From Chrysemys picta bellii (taxonomy: Eukaryota), in the NCBI RefSeq assembly GCF_011386835.1, contig NC_088802.1, forward strand, positions 372,001 through 436,000: a stretch of DNA of 64,000 nt, in the 5' to 3' direction. This document shows, one piece after another, positions 11,325-23,579 of the stretch. Numbering within the stretch: position 1 is the first letter of the stretch; every line of letters begins with the position of its first letter. The notes beneath the pieces were generated by a model that saw only the letters and a list, made by a program, of their open reading frames with translations, was not told the origin of the DNA and ran no database searches. Made by a program: the position numbers and the translations under genes.

Positions 11325-14300
11325 TCACTCTGGGGCGCAGCCCAGGCCACCCCACGCCAGGCGCCAGACCTCGTTGTGGCGGTCGAACAGCTTCATGGGG
11401 CTGCGGAGAGATGGGAACAATAGAGTGGGTCAGGGCTCGGGGTGACCCCCAGGACCCACTGCCCCCGAGTCCCTCCCAGAACCATCTGCAAGGGGGAAAC
11501 CTGCCCCCCAATCATCCTCACCCAGCTTCTGGGGTAACTGGGAAATCTGCCCCCCACTAACTCACCCCAGAACCTGCTGTAATGGGGAAACTGGGCCCCC
11601 CTTCATTCCCCTGGCTCCAGGGGTAACAGGGAAACCTGCCCCACAAGAACCTGCTGTAATGGGGAAACCTGCCCCCCAATCACCCCCACCCAGCTTCTGG
11701 GGTAACAGGAAAAGTCTGCCCCCTTTAAAATAGGTCTATATACACATACCTGTCTCATAGATCTGGAAGGGACCCTGAGTCCAGCCCCCTGCCTTCACTA
11801 GCAGGACCAAATACTGATTTTGCCCCAGATCCCCCTCAAGGATTGAACTCACAACCCTGGGTTTAGCAGACCAATGCTAAAGGCCCCGGGTTTGGGGCCA
11901 AGCGCCCAGCCTCCCACTCCCCACAGCACAGCACCCCCTACTGAGTTGCTCCCCTGCGGTTTGCCCTGCTGCTGTGCCCCAAGGAACGCTGGCCCTGCTC
12001 TGCCCCAGCACCCCAGGGAGGCAGCAGACGGGTCTCCCCCACCTGTTGTAGCCAGCAGAGTAGTGCCAGGAGTGGTCGAAGTGCCGGGCGTCCCGCCCCA
12101 GGGAGGCATCAAGGGCCCGAATGTGGGTCCCTCGATTGGCATCCGTGAGCCACCCCCCGAAGGAGCGAACGTAGGTGGGCAGAGCAGGGAACCGCTGGAC
12201 GAAAACCTGAGCCAGACACAGAGAGACGGTGTCAGCCCCAGCCAGGCTGGGGTAGGGGTGGGTGGGGTGGTGACAGCGCCAGCCAGGCTGGGGTAGGGGT
12301 GTGGGGGGGGGGGCGGGGGATGACAGCGCCAGCCAGGCCGGGGGAAGGCTAGGGTTTGACGGTCAGTCCCTGGCCAGGCTGGGTTGGGGGTCACTCATGG
12401 CTGGTTCAGTGGGTAGATAGGACAGTGGGGGGGTCACTTATAGCAAGTTTACTTTAGTAAGGCATTTGATACGGTCTCGCATGATATTCTTATCGATAAA
12501 CTAGGCAAATACAATTTAGATGGGGCTACTATAAGGTGGGTGCATAACTGGCTGGATAACCGTACTCAGAGTTGTTATTAAAGGTTCCCAATCCTGCTGG
12601 AAAGGCATAATGAGTGGGGTTCCGCAGGGGTCTGTTTTGGGACCGGCTCTGTTCAATATCTTCATTAACGACTTAGATATTGTCATAGAAAGTACGCTTA
12701 TTAAGTTTGCGGATGATACCAAACTGGGAGGGATTGCAACTGCTTTGGAGGACAGGGTCATAATTCAAAATGATCTGGACAAATTGGAGAAATGGTCTGA
12801 GTTAAACAGGATGAAGTTTAACAAAGACAAATGCAAAGTGCTCCACTTAGGAAGAAAAAAATAAGTTTCACACATACAGAATGGGAAGAGACTGTCTAGG
12901 AAGGAGTACGGCAGAAAGGGAAATAGGGGTTATAGTGGACCACAAGCTAAATATGAGTCAACAGTGTGATGCTGTTGCAAAAAAAGCAAACACGATTCTA
13001 GGATGTATTAACAGGTGTGTTGTGAGCAAGACACGAGAAGTCATTCTTCTGCTCTACTCTGCTCTGGTTAGGCCTCAGCTGGAGTATTGCGTCCAGTTCT
13101 GGGCACCGCATGTCAAGAAAGATGTGGAGAAATTGGAAAGGGTCCAGAGAAGAGCAACACGAATGATTAAAGGTCTTGAGAACATGACCTATGAAGGAAG
13201 ACTGAAAGAATTGGGTTTGTTTAGTTTGGAAAAGAGAAGACTGAGAGGGGACATGATAGCAGTTTTCAGGTATTTAAAAGGGTGTCATAAGGAGGAGGGA
13301 GAGAACTTGTTCACCTTAGCCTCTAAGGATAGAACAAGAAGCAATGGGCTTAAACTGCAGCAAGGGAGGTCTAGGTTGGACATTAGGAAAAAGTTCCTAA
13401 CTGTCAGGGTGGTTAACCACTGGAATAAATTGCCTAGGGAGGTTGTGGAATCTCCATCTCTGGAGATATTTAAGAGTAGGTTAGATAAATGTCTATCAGG
13501 GATGGTCTAGACAGTATTTGGTCCTGCCATGCGGGCCGGGGACTGGACTCGATGACCTCTCGAGGTCCCTTCCAGTCCTAGAATCTATGAATAAGTTTGG
13601 TAGGGAGCAGTTGTGGGGATGGGGGTCACTCACAGTGGGTTTGGTGGGAGAATTGGGAGTAGTAAGGGGGTCACTCAGCAGGGTCAGTGGGGAGCAATGT
13701 GAGGCTGGGGTCACTCAGTGGGTACAGCGGGGGTGTCACAGCAGGGTCAGTGGGCAGCAATCTGGGGAGTGGGGTCACTCACAGCAGGCTCCGTGGGCTG
13801 CGGGGGGTCACCCTGCCGCGCTGCCGGCAGCAGGAAGGAGACGGTGTACTCCTGCGTCTCCCCAGCAGCCCGGTCCACCCGGGTCAGAACCGGTGCCGTC
13901 ATCGGGATCTTCACACCTGCCGGGTTTGTGTCATGTTTGCTCAGAATCCACATCCTCCCCACCCCAGAACCACCCCCCAACCTCCCTCCACTGCAGCCAG
14001 CTCCTGGGGAAGGGTAGAGACCCCCTTTTCTTCTGTGCCTGTTCTACCGAGGCTCATTAAACATGAAGCAGCCCAGAGAGCCAGGGGGCGGCCCAACCCC
14101 CTATGTCCCTCCCCTTAGCCCCTGGGGACCTTGGAGGGAGTTTCTCAGGTTGTTATGGGGTCTCTGAGGGATGGATTATGGGCTATCTGGAGCAATGGAG
14201 TTCTGGGGGGGGGGCTTGGAGGGTGGGGGCCTGTAGGGACCCCATGGGAGAAGAGGGGGGCTATAGGTGGGGACGCAGAGGGGCATATGGGTGGAGCAGG

Positions 14301-15106
14301 GCTGTGGGTGCTCTAGGGGCTCTAGGAGGGGGGGTTACGTGTGGGGGTCAGGGAGCTGTGGGCTCTCTAGAGGTTGGGATCTGAGGCTGGGGGCAGAGGG
14401 GCCGTGGGGGATGGGCTGTGGGGGTCACCTTACCCAGCTGGTTCCGGCCCTGGATGTAGCGGAAGAGGCGCCAGAAGCCGGTGGTCTTGGCGGCCGTGTA
14501 CGTGTTGTTCACGCGGGTGCTGACCCAGGCCGAGGGGGGGTAAAGCCGGGCCTGGGGGGGGGCAGGAGCATGGGGGGGGGTCAATTCCTTCTCACGCTTC
14601 CTGCTCCATCCCTCCAACCCCCCCCCACTCCCTCCCAGCTTCAGGGGGACTGGCTGGCTCCAGAGGGTCCTTTTCCCACTAGGGGGCACAAGCTCCCGTC
14701 CAGCCCCAGGGTGGGGGAACTGCCCATCTCGGGAGGGCGTATTTTAGCAGGTTTTCCCTCCCCCCCCCCCAACTGATCCTCACCTCGTAGTCAGAGCTGT
14801 TGCAGATGAGATCAAAGGTGAAACATTCGGTGACTTCCCCGCAGAATGTAGGCTTCTCCCTGCAGAACCAGATGGGGAGAGTCAGGGCGTACAGCCCCCC
14901 TGGGATTGGCCCCATCACTCTGGGGGTGCTGTTGCCCGCCAGGGGTTTGTGCAAGGATAAATCTCCATCCCGAGGCACTGGGGGAGGGGTTTGGGGATGT
15001 TCCCTCCAACACCCTCTGTAGTGTGGGGAGAGCCCCCGACTCACCTTTCTCCCCAGACCCCCCGTGCCAGGGCCAGGAGCAGCAGTGGGGCCATTCGCAG
15101 CAGCAT
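11325..15106 (-). CDS. SOUL/HEBP-family (heme-binding protein 2-like) protein with signal peptide, 209 aa, 6 exons
   Basis: Exons 15106-15045, 14859-14784, 14551-14434, 13916-13783, 12206-12043 and 11400-11325. All introns are GT-AG, phases agree, total 630 nt with no internal stop. SOUL motifs: [78 protein letters not shown]. Confidence 0.92.
12450..13590 (+). mobile_element. CR1 LINE, 5'-truncated, low divergence, with intact 3' end
   Basis: RT ORFs 12610-12864 ([17 protein letters not shown]) and 12881-13510 ([17 protein letters not shown]). The 3' UTR ends ...ccttccagtcctagaatctatga. It lies antisense in intron 4 of the SOUL gene. Confidence 0.95.
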
Positions 15107-16107
15107 TATGAGGGGCGTCACGGCAGAAGCTGCAGGGAGAGACTCAGGCTGGTGATGAAAAAGCCCCCCCCCTGACCCCCCCCGCCCCACACTGCCAAGA
15201 CCAGAGAGCCTGGGGCACAACCTGCTCAGCCTGTAGGTCCCTGCACCCATCAATCCCCCCAGCCCAGAAGGATCAGCTCCCAGGTGCACCCCAAATCCCA
15301 AGACACCCCCAGACTCTGAACCCCCCCATCACTCCCTCTCCCCATGCCCCCAGCTGCTCCATCACCCTGCAGACTCTTGTGTGGAGAGTTTGGGGTGTGA
15401 CCCAGCTCTTCCCATGCGTTTGGGCACCAGGCAGAGACGGGGCTGCTTTTATTCCCCCTCTTCACCCCCCCCGCCCCATGGCGGGTTACATAACCTCATG
15501 CCCAGCCCCTTCTGGCCCGTGAATCAGGCATGCGGTTGGGGTTGTGTAACGGGGCGGGGTGTGTGATATAACCAGCAACGGGAACAGAGCGGAACCTCAA
15601 AACCCAGCCCGGTGCTAGGGGCTGCTGTGCTGTGGGGGGCCTGGTTATACCCACTGTCCCCAGCCTGGTGTGAGGGGGGGACTGCTGTGGGTGCAAATAT
15701 GCATTCTCCCCAGCCCGGCACCAGAGGGCAGCGTGCTGTGAGGTATCCTGGTTGTGCCCCATCTCGCAAGCCTGGCGCTGGGTGGTCCTCATGCCATTCT
15801 GGGGGGGTGCTTTCCTGGGGGGGGGCACTGCCCGAGGGTCCCTCTGCCCATTCGGGGGGCACTGGCACACAATGAGAAGCAGGAGCCGGGCATCAAACAG
15901 ACCAATAAATATTTATAGACATTAAAAAACCAACAAAGAATCAAGTTACAAAAGAATTATACGAGACAGGAACTGAGGGGGATGGGGGAGCAGAGGCAGA
16001 AGTGCCACACCCAGTTCCTCACCGAGCCCGGTGATCCTCACCCCCGGGCTGCAGTGGGGATAACAGGCACAGAGGTGGAGTCGGGGAAGGACTTACTCCC
16101 AAAACAG

Positions 16108-16232
16108 GAGAGAACCCAGGAGTCCTGGCTCCCAGCCCCTCCCCTTGCTCTAACCCACTAGACCCCACCCCCCTCCCAGAGCCAGGGATAGAACCCAGGA
16201 GTCCCAAGGCCCAATCCAGTGACTTCCCCACT
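16108..16232 (-). repeat. tRNA-derived SINE-like tandem unit
   Basis: The minus strand shows A-box-like TAGTGGGTTAGAGC and B-box-like GGGTTCTATCCC. Same unit as 25088-25255. Confidence 0.6.
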
Positions 16233-17893
16233 AGCCCAGCAATGGGGTGGGGGGTGCATTAGAGGGATTCCCATACCGCTGTTCAGTTTGTAATGGGGGG
16301 ATTAGTACATCACACGACAAACATCAGGTGCTCCTACCACTGAGGCCTGCACTTCCCACTGGAATGCCCCCCAGTGGGGCCGGGGGGCATTCACCCCCAG
16401 CCCTTGGCAGGGAAGGGGGTGTCGTACCTATATTCAGGTTAGCACTGTGCTTAGGGAGTGGGGGGAGGGTGTTGTACCAGGGAGGAAGGGGGAGCACCAA
16501 ACTGGGGGAGTCGTCCCTGGAGGGGGGATATGGAGGGGTGTTGTCCCGGGAGGGGAGAGTTGGAGGAAAGGGAGCAGAGGATGCCGTCCTGAGGGCAGTC
16601 GGGATGGAAGTGGGGTGCTGTCCCAGAGAGGGACTGGGGAGGGAAGGACAGAGGGGCAGGGGACCCCACCCCTACTATAGGGTGAAGGGATACTGGCCCT
16701 GCCCCCAGGAGGGGATATTCATAGATCTCAAGGCCAGGTCTCGCCTGCCCCCCGCAGAACACAGTCCAGTGACTCGCCCGGCACTGGAGCAGCTCTCAGA
16801 CATCCCATCTTGGTCGGAACGTTGCCCCCTTGGGCAGCTGCTCCCAGCCTCATTCCCCTCCCTGGTCTCCAGACTCTGGCTGCTGGGCCAAAGGGCCCTC
16901 GCATCACAGCTCTGTTCCCAGGTGGGGATCCAGTCACCCCTTCGCCGTCTCTGCGCGAGCAACTTGAGTCTATCGCGGCAAGGCCTGTTCCCTGCACCTT
17001 TCAGCATTCCAGCAGCCCCTCTCCACCATATCCCCACCTGTGTGGGAGTGCGGGCCCCAGACCTGGGCACAGGAGCCCAGTGGCGGCTGCCCCAGGGCCA
17101 GGTACAAGGTAAAAATCACATCCTGCCCGTGACTGCCCTGTTTGTACCTCCAAGGATCACACTAGCCCTTTGGCCATAAATTGGGGTCCAGGGGGCACTG
17201 GCCCAGGGAGGAGGGGTGAGGGTGGTCTGAGGGGAGACTGGGGGATGCCCCATCCTCCAGAAGGGATAGAGCGGGTGGGCTGCAGGTTCCAACTCAGCAT
17301 CGGTCATTACACATACGAGAAAACCAAAGTGACTCACAGACGGCCAGACAGACAGGGACAGGACAGACTCACCAACCCACGGGTCGGCTTGCTACACACA
17401 GCACAGAGGGGCCGCACCCCACAAACACACCCTCCGCCCCAGTCTCCTTAGCCCATCATGGGCGAGGGAGGTGCCCCCCACTCAGCAAGGAGGGGGGGTT
17501 AGTGTTAAGAGTTCCTCAGGGACCAAAGAGTCCAGGTCCCCCCAGGGTACACAGCTATGGACCCACAAATTCAGCCCCCACCTGGCACTGGAATGGGGGG
17601 TGGGGGCACGGAATTCACTATCCAGGACCCTGACAGAGACTTCAGTCTGTACAATCATCACGGCTTCCTGTCTCACCCCACCCACAGAGAGCGTCCCGGT
17701 TCCTCGGCTCCCCCCTCCCTGCCCCACAGCATCCTGGGAAGAGCGGGCCGCTCCAGGTGGGGATCCAGTCACTGGCGAGTCTGTGCGTCTGGGATGGGTG
17801 TGGGGGGGCATCTCTGTGCCCCAGGGTCTATCGGGGAGGAGGGGGTGTCCATGTGCAGGGCGGGGGAGGCCATCCGCCACCTGCTCCCCCACT

Positions 17894-19420
17894 TCACATC
17901 TTTGCCCCGCTCCCCCCGCCGAAGCCCAGTTCACTGCGCGGAGACCTCCCGGCAGCCTGGGGCTCCCGTAGCGCCGCCCAGTCGCCCTCCCCTGCCCCGC
18001 CTGCCGCCACGGGCTCCTTCTTGGGTCCCCCGCCCGCCCCGGCCAGGCGATGGCGCCGCTCGCAGTGCCCCTTGTGGCGCATGAAGCTGTCTCGCCACAT
18101 GAACTTCTTGGCGCAGACGTCGCACTCGTAGGGTTTGAGGCCGGTGTGTGTCTTCATGTGCTCCGTCAGGTGATGCTTCATCTTGAACTTCTTGTTGCAG
18201 ACAGGGCAGTCGAAGGGGCGCAGGTTGAGGTGCATGTTGACGTGCCGGTCGCGCATGCTCTTGTGGGAGAAGGCCTTGCCGCAGTGGCACATGAAGATCT
18301 TGTTGCCATCGCCCGAACCGGCCGCCAGCTGCACGGCCCCGTGCTCCACGGGGGCCTGGGGGGGGAAGACCAGGATCTGGTTGCCCTGCATGTCCATGGG
18401 CATGAGGGAGCGCTGGGCAAAGCTGCTGCCGCCGCCCGGCCCCTCCTCCAGCCCCTCGTAGGGCGAGGGGAAGTCCTCCGAGGACTCGCAGAAGTTGACC
18501 TGCTCCTCCAGCTTGGCCCCGGAAGGCTCGGTCAGCGTACGCACGTCACTGATGCTGAGGGGGGGCTCACCGGGGGCCGGCCCCACCTCCACCGGGTCCT
18601 CATCCTCCTCGCATGTCAGCACCAAGTCCTCCTGGGACCGCTCCTTCTTGATGTACACCCACTGCTTCTGGGGCATGATGCTGGGCTGCACGTAGGCTGG
18701 GCGCCGCCCCCCGCCCCCACCACTGCCCCCATCCCCGCCGCTGTCACTCACATCATCGTCCGTCTCCAGGATGAACTTGCTGCCGCCGGAGAAGGGCTCG
18801 GGGCAGCGGGTGGGACCCTTCTCGGCCTGGAAGATCACCTCCTCGTCCGGCCCCTCCGATCCATCCCGCTCTAAGCCACCCGCCGCCCCTCGCAGTGCAT
18901 ACTTGGCAGGCCCGTGCTCCAGCCCCTCACCCGTCTCCCGGGGGCTGAAGTAGTTACTGCTGCTGGGGGACTGATTCTCGCTGGTGCGGCTGGAGTGGGC
19001 GCGGAAGGAGGAGGAAGGTGAGGGGCCGGCGGTGCCGCGCCCCTCCTTGAGCAGCTCCGTGCACTTGTCCACAATGTGCCACATCTGCAGCACGCTGCCC
19101 ACGGTGAGGAAATTGACGATCTCGTCTGAGGCCATGCTCAGCTTGCCAGTATATGCGGAGCCCAGCACCGTCTCGAAGGCACCCGGGTCCATGACGTTGG
19201 GCAGCACGATGGACGTCATGTTCTTCAGCAGCACCTGGTCGTGGAAGTAGGGCGAAGAGGCGGCCAGCACGGCCCGGTGGGCCCGGAACACCCGGCCCTG
19301 CACGTGGATGGAGATGTCGCACAGCTTGCCCTCCACCCGCTGCTGGTTCAGGTTTTCCAGCAGGGCGCTGGTGATCTCAGGGAAGTCCACGTGCACAATG
19401 GCACCGCACGCCGGGTCCAT
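17894..19420 (-). CDS. ZBTB22: Zinc finger and BTB domain-containing protein 22, 508 aa, single coding exon
   Basis: BTB domain (IVHVDFPEITSALLENLNQQRVEGKLCD...MWHIVDKCTELL) and three C2H2 fingers (FMCHCGKAF, CPVCNKKF, CDVCAKKF). Acceptor at 19439. Positioned between TAPBP and DAXX as in human. Confidence 0.97.
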   Translation of the reverse strand: MDPACGAIVHVDFPEITSALLENLNQQRVEGKLCDISIHVQGRVFRAHRAVLAASSPYFHDQVLLKNMTSIVLPNVMDPGAFETVLGSAYTGKLSMASDEIVNFLTVGSVLQMWHIVDKCTELLKEGRGTAGPSPSSSFRAHSSRTSENQSPSSSNYFSPRETGEGLEHGPAKYALRGAAGGLERDGSEGPDEEVIFQAEKGPTRCPEPFSGGSKFILETDDDVSDSGGDGGSGGGGGRRPAYVQPSIMPQKQWVYIKKERSQEDLVLTCEEDEDPVEVGPAPGEPPLSISDVRTLTEPSGAKLEEQVNFCESSEDFPSPYEGLEEGPGGGSSFAQRSLMPMDMQGNQILVFPPQAPVEHGAVQLAAGSGDGNKIFMCHCGKAFSHKSMRDRHVNMHLNLRPFDCPVCNKKFKMKHHLTEHMKTHTGLKPYECDVCAKKFMWRDSFMRHKGHCERRHRLAGAGGGPKKEPVAAGGAGEGDWAALREPQAAGRSPRSELGFGGGSGAKM

Positions 19421-19699
19421 GGTGCCGGGGATGCACTGCCTGCGAGAGACAGAGGATTAGAGCTGTGGGGTGCTGGGAGACACCCCCAACAATCCGGTGT
19501 CCCAGAGATCCTCTCTGTGGGGTGCTAAGGAGACCCCACCTCCTTTCTCAAATGCTGCATTCCAAAGATCCCCGGGCAGGAAGGGGGACTTCTGTCTGGG
19601 CCCCCGCCACAGATCCTGTGACCCAGACCCCCCAGCACAGGGAGAAGGGCAGGCCTGGGATCTGAGGAGATTCACTGAGATATTTAACCCTTTCTGGAA

Positions 19700-20320
19700 T
19701 GGACCATAGGGGGCAGGTGAAATTCAAGGTTGATAAATGCGAAGTAATGCACACTGGAAAACATCATCTCAACTATACATATAAAATGATGGGGTCTAAA
19801 TTAGCTGTTACCCCTCAAGAAAGAGATCTTGGAGTCGTGGATAGTTCTCTGAAAACATCCACTCAGTGGGCAGCGGCAGCCAAAACCAGTAAAGAATGTT
19901 GGGAACCGTTAGGAAAGGGATAGATAATCAGACAGAAAAGGTCATATTGCCTCTCTATAAATCCATGGTACGCCCACATCTTGAATACCGCAGGCAGATC
20001 TGTTCGTCCCATCTCAAAAAAGATATATTGGAATTGCAAAAAGTACAAAGAAGGGCTACAAAAATGATCAGAGGGATGGAACGGCTTCCATATGAGGAGA
20101 GAGTAAAACAACTGGGAGTGTTCAGCTTGGAAAAGAGACGACTGAGGGGGTACGGCAGAGGTGAGAAAGTGAATAAGAGAGTGTCTGCCAGAACCTGGGA
20201 GTGGGCGACAGGGGATGGATCATTCGATAACTGCCCCTTTCTGTTCATTCCCTCTGAAGCATCTGCCACTGGACACCAGGCTAGATGGATAATTGGTCGG
20301 ACCCACTGTGGTCGCTCTTA
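19700..20320 (+). mobile_element. CR1 LINE 3' fragment in ZBTB22 intron 1
   Basis: RT-tail peptide LYKSMVRPHLEY...LEKRRLRG followed by CR1 3' UTR-like sequence. Confidence 0.9.
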
Positions 20321-20639
20321 GGTCCTTATAATAAAATAACCCCTGAGCCCCTGCCTGGCTCCCAGCCCCCAACTCATAACTGCCCCTGACACCCCCCACC
20401 CCTCAGGTCATAACCTCCCCCAACCCCCAACTCTCAGGCAACACCCCATCACAACCTCAGACCTTATACTTCCCTCCTGCAAACCTCCCATAGCCCATCT
20501 CAACCCGCACAGAGCTGCTTCCCCCGCCAATTCTAGGTCTGCCTCCTTCCCCCTCCCCAACAGCTCCCCCACCTTATACCCCCCACAGCTCACTTCCCAG
20601 CCACCCCAGTGTCCCTCATGTCATGTCACCCCCCAGCCC

Positions 20640-21370
20640 TCCTTCCATCTCCTACCCTGCCCCTAGTCCCCTGCAACCTCAAAGCCAACTGGCCTCCCGC
20701 ACAGTGCCCCAATCCCCAGCCCCTCAACCCTCGGGCCCCTCCCCCCTCATGTTACCCCCCAGATCCTCTGCCCACAGACCCCTCGGGCCCCTCCTCCTCA
20801 TGAAACCCACCCCCCCGCCCCTCTGCCCACAGACCCCTGGGGCCCCTCTCCCGCATGTCACCCTCCCAGGTCCCCCCCCGCCCCTAGACCCCTCGGGCCC
20901 CTCCCCCCTCATGTCACCCTCCCAGATCCTCTGCCCACAGACCCCTCGGGCCCCTCCCCCTCATGTCACCCCCAGGTCCCTCCCCCCTCATTGCACCCCC
21001 CAGCCCCTCTGCCCACAGACCCCTGGGGCCCCTCTCCCGCATGTCACCCTCCCAGGTCCCCCCCCCGCCCCTAGACCCCTCGGGCCCCTCCCCCCTCATT
21101 GCACCCCCCAGGTCCCCCCGCCCCCTCGGGCCCCTCCCCCCTCATGTCACCCCCCCAGATCCTCTGCCCACAGACCCCTCGGGCCCCTCCCCCTCATGTC
21201 ACCCCCAGGTCCCCCCCCCGCCCCTAGACCCCTCGGGCCCCTCCCCCCTCATTGTACCCCCCAGCTCCTCCCCGCCCCCTCGGGCCCCTCCCCCCTCATG
21301 TCACCCCCAGGCCCCCCCCGCTCCTAGACCCCTGGGCCCCTCCCCCCTCATGTCGCCCCCCAGCCCCTCG
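20640..21370. repeat. C-rich minisatellite in ZBTB22 intron 1
   Basis: Repeated ctcgggcccctccccccctcatgtcaccc units. Confidence 0.9.
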
Positions 21371-21379
21371 CCCCCCCGC

Positions 21380-21830
21380 GCTCACCCGCCCGCTCGCGCT
21401 CCGGGGCTCTCAGGCCGCCGCCACCATCTTGTTACTCACCCTCCTCCCCGAGTCCCCGGCCCCGCCTGGCTTAAAGGGGCAGGCGCCGTCGCTCTCAGGC
21501 TGCTATGGGGCACTATCTGCCGACACGGGGCCCTACCCTTTAACGCGACCCAGCCCGCCCCGCGCACAGAGTGTGAAGCCCCTTAACCCCGTCCTCTTAA
21601 AGGGGCAGGCCCAGCCGCCGTTCTCCGCCACTGAGCCAACGTCGGCCGACACCGCAATTTCGCCTTTAAATACCGGGCCTTTAAGGGATCAGCGTTGCGC
21701 AGGCTCTGTTCCTTGAGAAAAGCGGCCTCCGACGGCTCCACCTGCTCTTTAACTCCCTCCTCCGTGACTGACAGGGCCGGCACGGGGCGGGGCCTCCCCG
21801 GCTAGCCCCGCCCCCGCCAGCTGTGCCCCC
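21380..21830 (-). promoter_or_regulatory. CpG island with non-coding first exon and promoter of ZBTB22
   Basis: CpG-dense, with minus-strand donors G|GTGAGC (~21386) and G|GTGAGT (~21440), a YY1-like AACAAGATGGTGGCGG, and GC boxes near 21785-21815. Confidence 0.7.
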
Positions 21831-21839
21831 CCCCCGAGC

Positions 21840-23370
21840 CACTTGCCCCCCCACGCTCTTTACGCCTTAGCGCCCCCACAGCTCAGTCACAGCCCAGACC
21901 CTCCCACACAGAGCCACCTGCCCCCCAGGCTCCCCCCATGTCCTCTTACTGCCCCCCAGCTCAGAGCCATCTACCCCCCATGTCCTCTTACTGCCCCCCA
22001 GCTCAGTCACAGCCCAGACCTCCCCCCACAGAGCCACCTGCCCCCCAGGCTCCCCCATGTCCTCTTACTGCCCCCCAGCTCAGACCCCTCCCCCCACAGA
22101 GCCATCTACCCACCAGGCTCCCCCCCATGTCCTCTTACTGCCCCCCAGCTCAGACCCCTCCCCCACAGAGCCACCTGCCCCCCAGGCTCCCCCGTGTCCT
22201 CTTACTGCCCCCCAGCTCAGTCACAGCCCAGACCTGCCCCCCAGGCTCCCCCCATGTCCTCTACTGCCCCCCAGCTCAGACCCCTCCCCTCCCCCCACAG
22301 AGCCACTTGCCCCCCCACGCTCTTTACCCCTTAGCGTCCCACAGCTCAGTCACAGCCCGGACCCTCCCCCCACAGAGCCACCTGCCCCCCAAGCTCCCCC
22401 CATGTCCTCTTACTGCCCCCCAGCTCAGACCCCTCCCCTCCCCCCCGGAGCCACTTGCCCCCCCACGCTCTTTACCCCTTAGCGTCCCCACAGCTCAGTC
22501 ACAGCCCGGACCCTCCCCCACAGAGCCACCTGCCCCCCAAGTCTCTTACTGCCCCCCAGCTCAGACCCCTCCCCTCCCCCCCCCACAGAGCCACCTACCC
22601 CCCAGACCCCCCCATGTCCTCTTACTGCCCCCCAGCTCAGACCCCTCCCACCAAAGAGCCACCTACCCCCAGGCTCCCCCCATGTCCTCTTACTGCCCCC
22701 CCAGCTCAGGACCCCTCCCCTCCCCCCACAGAGGCACCTGCCCCCCAGGCTCCCCCATGTCCTCTTACCGCCCCCCCAGCTCAGACCCCTCCCCTCCCCC
22801 CACAGAGCCACCTGCCCCCCAGGCTCCCCCATGTCCTCATACCGCCCCCCCAGCTCAGACCCCTCCCCCCACAGAGCCACCTGCCCCCCAGACTCCCCCC
22901 ATGTCCTCTTACTGCCCCCAGCTCAGACCCCTCCCCCCACAGAGCCACCTACCCCCCATGTCCTCTTACTGCCCCCCAGCTCAGACCCCTCCCCCACAGA
23001 GCCACCTACCCCCCCAGACCCCCCCCATGTCCTCTTACTGCCCCCCAGCTCAGACCCCTCCCCTCCCCCCACAGAGCCACCTGCCCCCCAGGCTCCCCCC
23101 TCATTTCCTCTTACCGCCCCCCAGCTCAGACCCCTCCCCTCCCCCCACAGAGCCACCTGCCCCCCAGGCTCCCCCCCCGTCCTCTTACTGCCCCCCAGCT
23201 CAGACCCCTCCCCTCCCACCAAAGAGCCACCTACCCCCCAGGCTCCCCCATGTCCTCTTACTGCCCCCCCCAGCTCAGACCCCTCCCCTCCCCCCACAGA
23301 ACCACCTGCCCCCCCAGGCTCCCCACCCCATATCCCTTTACTGCCCCCCAGCTCAGTCACAGCCCAGAGC
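21840..23370. repeat. ~55-60-bp minisatellite between the DAXX 3' end and the ZBTB22 promoter
   Basis: About 25 copies of atgtcctcttactgccccccagctcagacccctc...cacagagccacctgccccccagg. Confidence 0.95.
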
Positions 23371-23396
23371 CAGCAGCCGGTGAGTAAGAAAAAGAT

Positions 23397-23402
23397 TTTA
23401 TT
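23397..23402 (-). terminator. Candidate AATAAA signal of DAXX
   Basis: tttatt about 180 nt downstream of the DAXX stop. Confidence 0.65.
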
Positions 23403-23579
23403 TTTGGGTTTTTTTTTTGTTTTTTAAACATTTCTTTTGTACAAAGAGGGAGGGGCAGCCCAGGAGATGGGGAGGGCTCTGCTCCACCCCCTTAACCCCA
23501 CCCCAGAACCAGCCACAAACCAACCCTGTCACCCTCCCTGCCCCCCAGAGTCTCCAGCCCCCCTGGGCAGGCAGGGGGT

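Noticed and set aside
16362-16392. 11-bp stem hairpin GAATGCCCCCC/GGGGGGCATTC downstream of ZBTB22
   Set aside because: It is mostly a C6/G6 run in GC-rich DNA, with no other support.
21938-23427. 481-aa and 310-aa plus-strand ORFs
   Set aside because: They lie entirely within a tandem repeat, so the lack of stops reflects the unit sequence.
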